A stretch of 54,137 nucleotides of DNA from Candidatus Geocrenenecus arthurdayi (GTDB lineage Archaea; Thermoproteota; Nitrososphaeria_A; Caldarchaeales; Wolframiiraptoraceae): assembly GCA_023539395.1 (NCBI GenBank), contig JAKCEX010000005.1:1-54137 (forward strand), written 5' to 3'. Shown here one piece after another: positions 27,734 through 37,535 of this stretch (within the stretch, counting starts at the first letter, position 1; every line of letters begins with the position of its first letter). The translations under genes and the position numbers were made by a program. The notes under the pieces are model-generated. The model saw nothing but the letters and a program-made list of their open reading frames with translations, made no database searches and had not been told where the DNA came from.

Positions 27734-28639
27734 TTGCGGGTAGTTGATTTCCACGTACATCCTATTCCGAGAATAATAAGTGAGAAAGAATTACTGAGGG
27801 AAGTTGAACATGCAGGTGTAGATTTAGCTGTTTTGCTAGCCCTAGACGTAGACCCTCATCACCTTGAAGATAAACATACATTAATCAAGTTTCTTGAAGA
27901 ATGTATAAATTACAGTAACTGGAATTGCCTAGGTTGCTTAGAAATTATTAAGGATATTCTTCAAACATGTTTTACAAGTAATGAGTATATTGCAAAGCTA
28001 GTTAAGAATAATCCGAAAAAGTTTATCGGAGTAGGCTCTATAAACCCATCTAAAAAGATGTCATATGTTAAGGAGAAGCTGAGAGAAATTGATAAACTCA
28101 GCATGGCTGGTGTTAAGCTTATCCCAACACTCCAATTCTTTAATCCTTTAAAAGAGAAGAGTAAATTGGAGAGAATATTCGAGTTCTGTGAAGATAAACA
28201 GAAGATAATCATCTTCCATACGGGATGCGACCCAGCCATATGGGAAGAACCATCCTTTTCTCAGAATGCTAACCCGGCCATGCTTAAATATTATGCTAGT
28301 AAGTTTAAGAAAGTGCCAATAATATTAGCTCACATGGGTTCATATAGCCGGAGATACCCAGGGATCTGGTTTGATGAAGCAGTTGAATTAGGTAAAAAAT
28401 ATAGTAATGTTTGGTTTGATATCTCGGCCGTCCCATACCTGTTAACTGAGAAGAAGTATGTAGATAAGATATCTAGAGAGTTAGGCTGGGATAGAGTATT
28501 ATTCGGGTCTGATTACCCAGTAGTTGGAAGCTCCAGCATAGTAAGTATGCTGAACATTATCCGGGATTCCAGTTTACTCTCAGAAAATAATTTAGAGAAG
28601 GTGCTGTATCAGAATGCTTTAAAGCTTCTAGGGTTATGA
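27734..28639 (+). CDS. amidohydrolase-2 family metal-dependent hydrolase
   Basis: VVDFHVHP, IILAHMG and LFGSDYP metal-ligand blocks. TTG start. Confidence 0.75.
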   Translation: MRVVDFHVHPIPRIISEKELLREVEHAGVDLAVLLALDVDPHHLEDKHTLIKFLEECINYSNWNCLGCLEIIKDILQTCFTSNEYIAKLVKNNPKKFIGVGSINPSKKMSYVKEKLREIDKLSMAGVKLIPTLQFFNPLKEKSKLERIFEFCEDKQKIIIFHTGCDPAIWEEPSFSQNANPAMLKYYASKFKKVPIILAHMGSYSRRYPGIWFDEAVELGKKYSNVWFDISAVPYLLTEKKYVDKISRELGWDRVLFGSDYPVVGSSSIVSMLNIIRDSSLLSENNLEKVLYQNALKLLGL

Positions 28640-30343
28640 TGCTGCTTGGGTCTTCTTCAATTCTTCTTCTCTCAAGACTCTTCTCAAGACTTTTCCAACC
28701 AAGCTCATAGGTAGCTCTTTCCTAAACTCGACTTCTCTAATTGCTTTATATGGTGCAACTCTTTCATTCACGAACTTCATAATCTCTTCTTCCGTGGCCG
28801 TAGCACCTTCCCTCAATACAATGAACGCTTTCGGGATCTCACCTGATACTGGGTCAGGTTTACCAACTACAGCTGCAAGCTTAACAGCTGGATGCTCATA
28901 CAGTATATCTTCAAGCTCTCTTGGATAAACACTATAGCCCTTATACTTAATTAGGTCTTTCTTTCTATCTGTTATGTAGAAATATCCATCTTCATCCATC
29001 TTTCCAAGGTCTCCCGTATACAACCATCCATTCCGTAAGACTTCGCTGGTTTCTTCAGGTCTCTTCCAATACCCTTTCATAACCTGGGGACCCTTAACCA
29101 CCAATTCCCCAACCTCGCCTACCGGCATCTCTCTTGTACCCGTTTCTACGTCAACTATCTTTGCATCGGTATCTGGCCATGGAATACCTATACTACCTAT
29201 CTTCACAGTCTTCATAGTTGGGTCTAAAGGATTACAATGAGTTACAGGGGAAGCTTCTGTTAACCCGTATCCCTCAACAAGTACTGCACCCGTCATCTCC
29301 ATGAACTTCTTCTGAACTTCCGGGGGTAATGGAGCAGCACCCGAGATACAGAACTTCACAGACCTGAGATTATACTTCTTTGCTTCAGGATGGTCAACTA
29401 TTAAAGCATACATTGTTGGAACCCCTGGGAATAATGTTACTTTATACTTCTGTATTGATTTTAATACTTCGACTACATCAAATCTTGGAAGTAGAACCAT
29501 CGTTGCTCCAGCATATATTGTAAAATTCATAGCTACCGTCATGCCGTAGATGTGGAAGAATGGTAGAACAGATAAGCCTGTATCTTCACCTCTCTTTGCT
29601 TGAAGCCATGCAGAGCAGCCGATAGCATTAGATACCAAGTTCATATGTGTTAACATAGCTCCTTTCGGTAGACCAGTAGTTCCACCAGTATACTGTAGGA
29701 CTGCCAAGTCTTCTTCAGGATTAATCTCAACACTGGGAGGCTGCTCAGGGGTCTTCTCAACCAGCTCCTTAAAGAAGTACACGTTCGGCTGGCGTGGAAC
29801 TTCAGCGGTAGGTATTTTCTTTAAGAGTTTTCCCAAGAAGGCTTTAAGGCTTGGCATATATTCTCCGAGTCTAGCTACTATTGCAAACTTTACTTTAGTC
29901 TTCTCCCAGACCTTCTTAAACCTAGGGAATAATGCATCAAGCAGTACGATAGCTTTAGCTTCAGAATCTGAGAGCTGGAATTCCAGCTCCCTCTCTACAA
30001 ACAATGGACTTATACCTGTAGCTACTGCACCAATCTTTAAAGCTCCATAATATGCGATTACGAACTGCGGCATATTAGGTAGGTATAATCCAACAACATC
30101 ACCTTTCCTTATACCTAGATTATACAGGGCAGTAGCAAACCTATTCACTAAGCTACCCAATTCTCTGTAGGTTATCTTTTTACCTAGAAAGATTATTGCA
30201 GGCTTATCAGGGAAGTCTTTAACACTATTCTCCAGTAAAGCATGCAGGGGGACCTTAGGGTAATCTAAACTTTTAGGTACGCCTTCAGGCCAATTCTTAA
30301 ACCAGGGCTTCTCAAAAATACCCGATTCACCCTTCATAGACAT
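28634..30343 (-). CDS. long-chain fatty acid-CoA ligase (AMP-forming acyl-CoA synthetase)
   Basis: LQYTGGTTGLPKGAMLTH AMP-binding motif, EGYGLTE, and YTGDLGKMDEDGYFYITDRKKDLIK. Confidence 0.9.
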   Translation of the reverse strand: MSMKGESGIFEKPWFKNWPEGVPKSLDYPKVPLHALLENSVKDFPDKPAIIFLGKKITYRELGSLVNRFATALYNLGIRKGDVVGLYLPNMPQFVIAYYGALKIGAVATGISPLFVERELEFQLSDSEAKAIVLLDALFPRFKKVWEKTKVKFAIVARLGEYMPSLKAFLGKLLKKIPTAEVPRQPNVYFFKELVEKTPEQPPSVEINPEEDLAVLQYTGGTTGLPKGAMLTHMNLVSNAIGCSAWLQAKRGEDTGLSVLPFFHIYGMTVAMNFTIYAGATMVLLPRFDVVEVLKSIQKYKVTLFPGVPTMYALIVDHPEAKKYNLRSVKFCISGAAPLPPEVQKKFMEMTGAVLVEGYGLTEASPVTHCNPLDPTMKTVKIGSIGIPWPDTDAKIVDVETGTREMPVGEVGELVVKGPQVMKGYWKRPEETSEVLRNGWLYTGDLGKMDEDGYFYITDRKKDLIKYKGYSVYPRELEDILYEHPAVKLAAVVGKPDPVSGEIPKAFIVLREGATATEEEIMKFVNERVAPYKAIREVEFRKELPMSLVGKVLRRVLREEELKKTQAAS

Positions 30344-30590
30344 AACCTCACTATCAAGAGTTGCTTAGAAGGGATAAAAGTCTTTAGACTGCACGTAATT
30401 AAACAGAGTTAAAATTTATATCCCCTAATACCTTCTTCTATAAACATCCATAATGAATTTTGCTGGAAGGGAATGTACGCTGTCTATGCCTTTTAGCCTA
30501 GAATACAATTTTAAGATTTACAATTTATTTAATTTAAGAATATGAGAAATTAACAGATATATACTGAAACAACAATCGTATTCTGCAGTT

Positions 30591-32672
30591 ATGAGTTATT
30601 CTATTTTAACTATCCTGGTTTATTGTTTAATTGTCGAATTCCCCTCAAAGACTTTAGTTAGACAAGTATCCATAGACCTGACTCCGTATAGAGAAAACTA
30701 TGCATTACTTCCTCCTGGGACCAGCTTAATAATGTATATTGTCTTGATACCTTTTACCCTGATATTTCTATATGGCTTGTATATTAGGTTGAGAGCCTAC
30801 GGGTTTAATGCTCTACTTACTTTATCTAAGGATTTTAGAAGCTGGTTTACGCAATCGTTAAGGTATTCTATACTGCAGAAAAGGATAATTAGAGAGATAA
30901 TCCCTGGGATGATGCATTTAACGACTAGCTATGGAATACTTGTATTGTTTATCGGCACTCTTTTAGTATTCATAGACAGTGATTTTCTAGAACCTTTCAA
31001 CCAGAAGCTACTTCAAGGAACATTTTATCTGATCTTCGAGTTCATCCTTGATATATTTGGTCTATTCTTAATCTTCGGTATAATACTACAGCTTATTAGG
31101 AGATATAGTGGGGTTAAGAGGCTTAAACCTAAACTAGAATATTACTTATATCTTTGGGGGCTGTTGTTCATAGGGGTATCTGGTTTTCTCCTTGAATCTA
31201 TCCGTATATCAGTAACTCAACCACCATGGAGTAGCTACTCACCCATAGGAAACATGATCTCGAAAATTATAATGAATCTAGGTATACCATCTGACGTCCT
31301 TAAGGGTCTATATCAGGTCTTATGGTGGTCTCATGCCATTACAGCTTTTGGATTGATTGCAGCCCTACCATATACTAATCTTCGCCATACTATCGTCTCC
31401 TTCATCTACACTGGGCTTACATATTCTGCACCACGTCTTCCACAACTAGCGAAAACACCATTCAAGCTAAGTGAAGTAGACTTATCATCTACAGAAGAAT
31501 TGAAGATTGGATTCAGAAAGATTAGCGACCTCGATTGGCTTCAGAAGATGGGGCTTGATGCATGCACAGATTGTGGAAGATGTGAAGCTGTCTGCCCAGC
31601 ATATTCTTCGGGGACTCCTCTCTCCCCGAGAAATTTAGTCCAGAAGCTTATGAAGATAATGTGGAAGAATAGATTAAGCATGGAGAGAGACCTCATAGAA
31701 TCTAAAGACTTAGGTTATGATGAGGTTTATGCATGTACAACTTGTGGAGGATGCGTTGAAGAGTGCCCAGTAGTAATCAGCCCACTTGAATACATTATCG
31801 AGGCTAGGAGAGCATTTGTAATAGATGGTAGGATTGAGAAGAAAGCCATTGAAACCTTGAATAATTTAAGCAGAGTTGAGAACCCTTATGGTTTACCGAA
31901 GGTTGAAAGAGAAGCATTAGTAAAAGAGTTAAGAAACCTAGGAGCTAAGACGGTTGATGAGCATCCAGAGGCAGAGTATATCTACTGGGTGGGATGTTTA
32001 GCAACGTATGAACCGAGGATTAGAAATGTTGCGAGAAAAATGGTTGAGATTCTAAGTAATGCAGGTATAGACTTCGCGATACTCGGTACACTAGAGAAAT
32101 GTACAGGTGAACCTGCTAGGAGGATGGGTGAAGAAGGATTATTCCAAGAACTAGCTCTTAAGAATATTGAAACATTAAAGAGTGTAAATGCTAAGAAGTT
32201 GATAGTTCACTGCCCACACTGCTACCAGATATTCAAGAACGAGTATAGAGAGCTTGGGCTAGAAATTGAAGTTATACATCACTCAGTCTTACTTAGAAAT
32301 CTCATGTCTCAAGGTAGGATAAAACCAAAAATAGGTATAGACGCTCTGACAACATTTCATGATTCATGCTATATCGCACGCTTCAATAATATAATTAATG
32401 AGCCTAGAGAGCTACTGGCTAGTCTAAGATTTAGAGAAATGGGGAGGAGAGGGAAAGATACTTTCTGCTGTGGAGCAGGTGGTGGAAACTATTGGAGTGA
32501 AGTTAAGAGGATTAAAAGAGAGAGTCTACAAAGGCTAGAAGAAGCTATGAAAATAAATGCTGAAGTTATAATTGTTGAATGCCCTTACTGTATAGCTATG
32601 CTTGAAGATGCTGTAAGAGTAATGGGGCTAGAAGAAAAAATAAAGATACTAGATATATCAGAAGTTTTCTAA
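30591..32672 (+). CDS. membrane-anchored Fe-S/CCG oxidoreductase (NarI/DsrM-like TM domain fused to HdrD/DsrK/GlpC-like domain; EtfD-like)
   Basis: About 300 aa N-terminal region with 5-6 hydrophobic helices and conserved His (GMMHL, WWSHAI, LRHT). Two ferredoxin motifs follow (CTDCGRCEAVCP, CTTCGGCVEECP), then two cysteine-rich CCG-type segments (WVGCLATY...CTGEP; HDSCY...FCCGAGGG). The true start may be internal. Confidence 0.75.
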   Translation: MSYSILTILVYCLIVEFPSKTLVRQVSIDLTPYRENYALLPPGTSLIMYIVLIPFTLIFLYGLYIRLRAYGFNALLTLSKDFRSWFTQSLRYSILQKRIIREIIPGMMHLTTSYGILVLFIGTLLVFIDSDFLEPFNQKLLQGTFYLIFEFILDIFGLFLIFGIILQLIRRYSGVKRLKPKLEYYLYLWGLLFIGVSGFLLESIRISVTQPPWSSYSPIGNMISKIIMNLGIPSDVLKGLYQVLWWSHAITAFGLIAALPYTNLRHTIVSFIYTGLTYSAPRLPQLAKTPFKLSEVDLSSTEELKIGFRKISDLDWLQKMGLDACTDCGRCEAVCPAYSSGTPLSPRNLVQKLMKIMWKNRLSMERDLIESKDLGYDEVYACTTCGGCVEECPVVISPLEYIIEARRAFVIDGRIEKKAIETLNNLSRVENPYGLPKVEREALVKELRNLGAKTVDEHPEAEYIYWVGCLATYEPRIRNVARKMVEILSNAGIDFAILGTLEKCTGEPARRMGEEGLFQELALKNIETLKSVNAKKLIVHCPHCYQIFKNEYRELGLEIEVIHHSVLLRNLMSQGRIKPKIGIDALTTFHDSCYIARFNNIINEPRELLASLRFREMGRRGKDTFCCGAGGGNYWSEVKRIKRESLQRLEEAMKINAEVIIVECPYCIAMLEDAVRVMGLEEKIKILDISEVF

Positions 32673-32728
32673 AACGATATATTACATCCAATCATCCAAA
32701 TGGATGCTGATCTTATATAGATGCATGC

Positions 32729-33694
32729 TTATCTTGTTAAAGGTACCCATGATAGTTCAGCTAGATCATACTGCATTCTAGCGATCATAGAAACCTGCTC
32801 ATATATACTGAGTTCCCTAGAAGTTAAACGGCTGAGTGTTAACTCCATCTTGATCTTATTTATCCTCTCAAGTAAGCCATATAGTAGGTCAGTCTCATTA
32901 TTGAAGAATATCCTGTATACATCATCATGATTATCTTTCAGCAATGCTTTAGAGATATTCAATTTTTCTAGGAATACCTTATCAAGCATCTTAAGTATAC
33001 CTTGTTGAGTAGTTAAAGCTATCTCTAAAGCTCTATCATTAATATTCTCTAAGAGGTAAGCTGCAATTCTGAAATCGAGTAAATTGATATTGGATAGGTT
33101 TAGTCTTGTCTGTAGGGTTGGGTCTTCTGCACAGCTTCTAAGTATTCTAACCGTATAGAAGTATAGTTTATCTACTTCATCATCTTTCTGGATGACTCTT
33201 TCAGCCAGTTGAATATCTTCCTCTAAGATAGATGTGATTGATTCTTCAATTGACTCTCCCGTAATCTGCCACATCCTCTTAAGAACATCTATAGGCTGTA
33301 GCTCTAATGGGTCGACCAATGTTTTCAGGATGAGTTTGTTATCACTATATTCTACTATCTCTAGACCCATAAGTTTATTCTTAACTCTTGAGAATTCCAT
33401 ATCGAATAAATCTTTAACAGTCTTCGGGACATCTATAACGATACTGCTGTACCCTAGTAAGTATGCTGCAATAACACTATTCACTAAGTGACGTATATTT
33501 TCTTGATATTTTAGATAACTAGTCTTCTCAAGCTTCTCCACACTTAAAGTCTTAACTATCACAGCATCCTTAGAGATTAAGAGCTCAACACTATCTCCTG
33601 GTTTAAGTTTTCTAGCTTCTATCCATTCTCTTGGTAGGCTTACAACTAGCGACCCACCGCTTTTCATTATTGTTCTAACTTCTTTAACGCTCAC
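32729..33694 (-). CDS. AbrB/SpoVT-domain plus PhoU-domain regulator (archaeal phosphate uptake regulator-like)
   Basis: SGGSLVVSLPREWIEARKLKPGDSV is a swapped-hairpin AbrB motif. Two PhoU-like helical repeats follow (LAERVIQKDDEVDKLY...). GTG start. Confidence 0.75.
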   Translation of the reverse strand: MSVKEVRTIMKSGGSLVVSLPREWIEARKLKPGDSVELLISKDAVIVKTLSVEKLEKTSYLKYQENIRHLVNSVIAAYLLGYSSIVIDVPKTVKDLFDMEFSRVKNKLMGLEIVEYSDNKLILKTLVDPLELQPIDVLKRMWQITGESIEESITSILEEDIQLAERVIQKDDEVDKLYFYTVRILRSCAEDPTLQTRLNLSNINLLDFRIAAYLLENINDRALEIALTTQQGILKMLDKVFLEKLNISKALLKDNHDDVYRIFFNNETDLLYGLLERINKIKMELTLSRLTSRELSIYEQVSMIARMQYDLAELSWVPLTR

Positions 33695-33763
33695 GTATAT
33701 ATCTTGATCAATACGTACTAATATAGATTTTCATGATGAAATACTGATAAGTACCAAAGAACA

Positions 33764-34531
33764 ATGAATTGGGGAACCGTAATGAAGAGTGACTGGAAGG
33801 GTAGAAAGAGTTTAGAGGTAGTATTGATAGCATCTAATGCAGCCTTATATGCTGTAGTTGGTATCGCAACATATTTTGGGATATTCACCCCCGTCTTCGG
33901 TACAGTTAGATTCTGGCCATCAGTAGTAATTCCAGCTACATTCTCAATACTATTCTCCCCCTGGATAGGAGCGGTTGGAGCAGCTATAGGAATATTCATC
34001 AGCGACATGGTAGTACATGGAAACCCAGTCTTAAGCATAACAGTTGGGGTTACATCAAACTTTATAGGATTCTACTTAATAGGTATACTCGCCCGTGGTA
34101 GATTAACTGTCTTGAAAAGAATATCATCGGTAGGTATACAGGCTATCCCATTATTAGCTGCTGTATTCCTCTATCTTTCAGGAGGTTTAGACGAGGTTGT
34201 TTCGTCTGTCTTCTTAAGTGTTGCAGTGGTAGTTTTACTAGTAAGCTTAGGAGTAGCCCACTTTAAACGACAGTATTCAAAGATAATCTATTCATCTTCT
34301 GCTGGCTTGATGGTTGGGAGTGCTATAATCGGGATAGGTCTCTGGGCTTACAGCCAATTTGCTACACTACCGATAGGCGTGTCTAATGCTCCTATAATAG
34401 CTTCATTAGTATGGTTTCTTTGGACCTATCTAACGGAGATCCCTTTCCTGGTATTCCTACTGCCACCAATATTATATGCAGTTGTTAAAGCTATGCCTGA
34501 GAGAGTAGAAGCGGAAGTATTGGTGAGCTGA
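33764..34531 (+). CDS. integral membrane protein, ECF-transporter S-component-like
   Basis: 255 aa with about 6 hydrophobic helices and glycine-rich helix faces (WIGAVGAAIGIFISD) reminiscent of vitamin S-components. Ends 6 nt before the pantoate kinase start. Confidence 0.4.
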   Translation: MNWGTVMKSDWKGRKSLEVVLIASNAALYAVVGIATYFGIFTPVFGTVRFWPSVVIPATFSILFSPWIGAVGAAIGIFISDMVVHGNPVLSITVGVTSNFIGFYLIGILARGRLTVLKRISSVGIQAIPLLAAVFLYLSGGLDEVVSSVFLSVAVVVLLVSLGVAHFKRQYSKIIYSSSAGLMVGSAIIGIGLWAYSQFATLPIGVSNAPIIASLVWFLWTYLTEIPFLVFLLPPILYAVVKAMPERVEAEVLVS

Positions 34532-34537
34532 AAAAAT

Positions 34538-35515
34538 ATGACATATTTGGGGAAGTATGGATATGCATATTTCCCATCTGCTTTATCTAGCATATTTTCT
34601 CCAAAACTACAATCTACAACAATGGATGGTGGAATCTATTTAGATAAGATAGGTGCAAGAGGTGGAGGATTCTCTCTTGTTAAAGGCTCAGAAACATGGG
34701 TTAAGATCTATCCAGATGAATCAGATAGGACAGAAGTAGTAGTAAATAAGAGTATACGGAATTTCCCACCATCAATTGAAGCTGCTGAAGAAATGAGGAG
34801 AAGATATAAGATAAAGGGTAGGATAGAGATTAAGCATAGGATCAGTGTACCTATCGGTTCTGGATTTGGTACGAGTGCTTCTTCAGCGGCTGGAGTAACA
34901 CTTGCAATATCGTCTCTACTAGGTCAAGGCATTACGTTAAGTGAAGTAGTAAGGATAACACATGAAGTCGAGTTAAGATGTAGGACTGGACTAAATAGTG
35001 AAGTAGGATTAATGACTGGAGGATTAGTACTCGTTCTTAGAGAAGGAGCACCACCAAGAAGCATTATAGATAATATTCCTCTACCATCAAACATTAAACT
35101 AGTTGCTATAGTATCAGGACCGATTGAAACACCTAGCTCTCTATCAGAAATATCAAAAATAGAAGAAGTTGAGAAGATTGGAGATAGATATCTCTCTAGG
35201 ATACTGAGGCAGCCTACTATCGAGAACTTCCTTAAGTATGCTAGAGAATTTTCATATGAATCTGGTTTTGTAACTAAAAAAGTTGAAGAAATATTCGAAG
35301 TATTTGATAAGCTTCCAGTAATAGGGTATGCTCAGAATATGCTGGGAGAAGCTGTACATGCCTTAGTTTATGATAAGAATTTAGACTTGGTTGTAAGAAG
35401 TCTGATAGAATCCTTCCCCGATATGGAGCTTGTAGTTTCAGATATAACTTCAATCTGTAATGTCTATTCCAAGTCCATAGGGACCATAGAATTAGAGCAA
35501 ACCTACAGACACTAG
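34538..35515 (+). CDS. pantoate kinase (GHMP kinase superfamily, archaeal CoA pathway)
   Basis: YAYFPSALSSIFSP, GARGGGFSL, PIGSGFGTSASSAAGVTLAI and THEVELRCRTGLNSEVGLMTGGLV line up with the T. kodakarensis pantoate kinase blocks as I recall them. Confidence 0.7.
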   Translation: MTYLGKYGYAYFPSALSSIFSPKLQSTTMDGGIYLDKIGARGGGFSLVKGSETWVKIYPDESDRTEVVVNKSIRNFPPSIEAAEEMRRRYKIKGRIEIKHRISVPIGSGFGTSASSAAGVTLAISSLLGQGITLSEVVRITHEVELRCRTGLNSEVGLMTGGLVLVLREGAPPRSIIDNIPLPSNIKLVAIVSGPIETPSSLSEISKIEEVEKIGDRYLSRILRQPTIENFLKYAREFSYESGFVTKKVEEIFEVFDKLPVIGYAQNMLGEAVHALVYDKNLDLVVRSLIESFPDMELVVSDITSICNVYSKSIGTIELEQTYRH

Positions 35516-35540
35516 TAGGGGAGGACGAATTATTATTCTA

Positions 35541-36731
35541 TCATGTTAAGAACGTCTGCTTTGTAGTTGCTAGGTTGTTGAAGAAGCTTATAAACTGTTT
35601 CTCTCTACCTAATGGTATTAATGCTGATGCAGCAAAACTATGCCCATCTCCTGACCCTCCTACAGCTTCCGCTGACTTCATAGTTAGCTCAGATGCAGGC
35701 GGCATCTTACCTGATTTAACTTCTTCACTTAAGAGCTTTGGTGTTCTAATGGATACTTTAACCCATTCTCCTTCAACTCTTCCAAGATTAGGTAGAGCAG
35801 GTTCGAAGTTCATGAAACCTATAAGATATTTATCTTGAGCTACTATGCTTCGATAACTCAGTATTGAGCAGAATGTCCCGATAGTTTTAGTACCGAGACC
35901 TTTTAATAGATCATGTATGTGGAACCATTGGGTTACACCTTCAACTTTAAGCTTAGTCTTAGAGAGGATACTAAACAATTGGTTAAATCTATTCTTTCTT
36001 TCTTCTTCAAGTTTTTCAGCTTCCTCAAATTCTATTCTCCTTGAAAGAAGATAATTAACAACCTTGTATGGTCCATTACGATAATACCCTATACTACCAA
36101 TAGCTGTTAGAATAGATGAAAGCTTATTCCAAGGCTTATTAAAAATCTTTACATTATATGATTCTTCACGTCCTATTTTAATCTCTATGTCTCCTACACT
36201 CATAGAATCTTCTAAAGGTATTCGGTTTAACCCTACTAATGGACCAGGTATCTCTGCTGAACCCACAACTGCCATCCATGCAGAATCTCTTAAATCTACG
36301 ACTTCACGCATTAGTAGGTATGTTGCAGTTGAACCGCTAACATCTCTCTCCCCACTAAAACCATAGAGTTCAGGGTTCAAGTTTACAACATATGAGCTAT
36401 CAATCTTCATAGGGTCATGATGGTCAAGTATGAGAGCTCTAGATCTTGTTTCTTCACTCATCTTTGCAATGAGGTCTGCTCTCCCCGACCCGATATCTAG
36501 GAAGATGTAGAATCTACAGTCTGTAGAGTAGACAAGCTTGAGTATAGCTGGATGAACCTTCTCAATACATATCAACCTATAGTTAACTCCAATCTTATTC
36601 AAAGCAGAAGCAGATATACCTGCAGCACATAATCCATCAGCATCATTATGGAAAACTAGCCCAACAACCCCACTATAACCTCTTAATTCTCCAGCAATAT
36701 CTTTAATCAACCTAAAGTATTCTTCCCTCAT
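35541..36731 (-). CDS. DHH/DHHA1 family phosphoesterase (RecJ/NrnA-like)
   Basis: FHNDADGLCAAG (motif I), FLDIGSG (II), LILDHHD (III), and GGSGDGHSFAASA (DHHA1 GGGH). I prefer the ATG at 36731. Confidence 0.75.
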   Translation of the reverse strand: MREEYFRLIKDIAGELRGYSGVVGLVFHNDADGLCAAGISASALNKIGVNYRLICIEKVHPAILKLVYSTDCRFYIFLDIGSGRADLIAKMSEETRSRALILDHHDPMKIDSSYVVNLNPELYGFSGERDVSGSTATYLLMREVVDLRDSAWMAVVGSAEIPGPLVGLNRIPLEDSMSVGDIEIKIGREESYNVKIFNKPWNKLSSILTAIGSIGYYRNGPYKVVNYLLSRRIEFEEAEKLEEERKNRFNQLFSILSKTKLKVEGVTQWFHIHDLLKGLGTKTIGTFCSILSYRSIVAQDKYLIGFMNFEPALPNLGRVEGEWVKVSIRTPKLLSEEVKSGKMPPASELTMKSAEAVGGSGDGHSFAASALIPLGREKQFISFFNNLATTKQTFLT

Positions 36732-36921
36732 CCCACAAGATATCAATAGAATAAGAAATTAATAACTAATTACTAATTCTAGTGTATAGCAGGTCCTCTC
36801 ATTTATTCTTAATGGATTTATCGTGTTTTCATGGTTCTCTTTACTGAGATCAAAATAGTTAGGAGATTTCCTCGGCTATTTCTTTATCCAGTCTTTCTAG
36901 AGTAAAAGAATGAAGTATTTA

Positions 36922-37380
36922 TTATGCATACATTGGGAGTTCACGAGTAGCTGCACGTACAAATCCATTTACTATCTCTATCCTCTTTAGGAGAGCTCTA
37001 GCTAAGTCGGATATCGTTACTATGCCTACTAATAAATTCTTATCTATTACTGCGAGCCTCCTTATCTTCTTCTCAGCCATAATCTGTAGTGCTTCTTCAA
37101 CGGTAGCTGTAGGTTCCACGGCTATTATAGGCCTAGACATGATCTCTGATGCTCTAGTTTTAAAAATATCTAAGCCTTTAGCTACAACCCTTCTAACGAT
37201 ATCCCTCTCCGTGATTATCCCAATAGCTTTTCCATCTCTTTCAACGAAGCAAGCGCCAACCCCTCTATCCATCATGCTCCTAGAAACTTCAACTATATTT
37301 GCATCTTCTCTCACGGTTAAAGGGTCGGTAGACATGAACATTCTAACAGTAAACTCATTCTCCGATTCTTCATCACTCAT
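36922..37380 (-). CDS. CBS domain pair protein
   Basis: Two CBS repeats (GIITERDIVRRV; VGIVTISDLARAL) after an acidic N-terminal tail. Confidence 0.85.
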   Translation of the reverse strand: MSDEESENEFTVRMFMSTDPLTVREDANIVEVSRSMMDRGVGACFVERDGKAIGIITERDIVRRVVAKGLDIFKTRASEIMSRPIIAVEPTATVEEALQIMAEKKIRRLAVIDKNLLVGIVTISDLARALLKRIEIVNGFVRAATRELPMYA

Positions 37381-37428
37381 ATCTTCAGAGCATGAAACCT
37401 AGTAAATAAAGATTACAAAATGCTTTAG

Positions 37429-37535
37429 GATAGTGTCCAAATAACGGGTTTATATAGCTAGGGCCTCCCACAATAGCCTCAAGAATAGAGACAGACGCTC
37501 CTAGAGAATATTTAAAGCCTTATTTGGACACTATC
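37429..37535. mobile_element. MITE-like non-autonomous element (107 bp)
   Basis: Perfect 16-bp terminal inverted repeats, GATAGTGTCCAAATAA (37429-37444) and TTATTTGGACACTATC (37520-37535). The imperfect repeat extends about 12 bp inward. Flanked by identical 8-bp direct repeats TGCTTTAG (37421-37428 and 37536-37543). No ORF inside. Confidence 0.55.

Noticed and set aside
33733-33747. Perfect C box ATGATGA followed 4 nt later by CTGA in the PhoU/membrane-gene divergent spacer.
   Set aside because: The spacing is far too short for a guide. I found no C'/D' pair or second CTGA at canonical distance on either side, and the downstream sequence runs into the coding start.
33718-34038. 106-aa minus-strand ORF overlapping the start of the S-component-like membrane gene.
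   Set aside because: It overlaps the better-supported plus-strand membrane ORF, which is coupled to pantoate kinase, and it has no motif or sensible start context.
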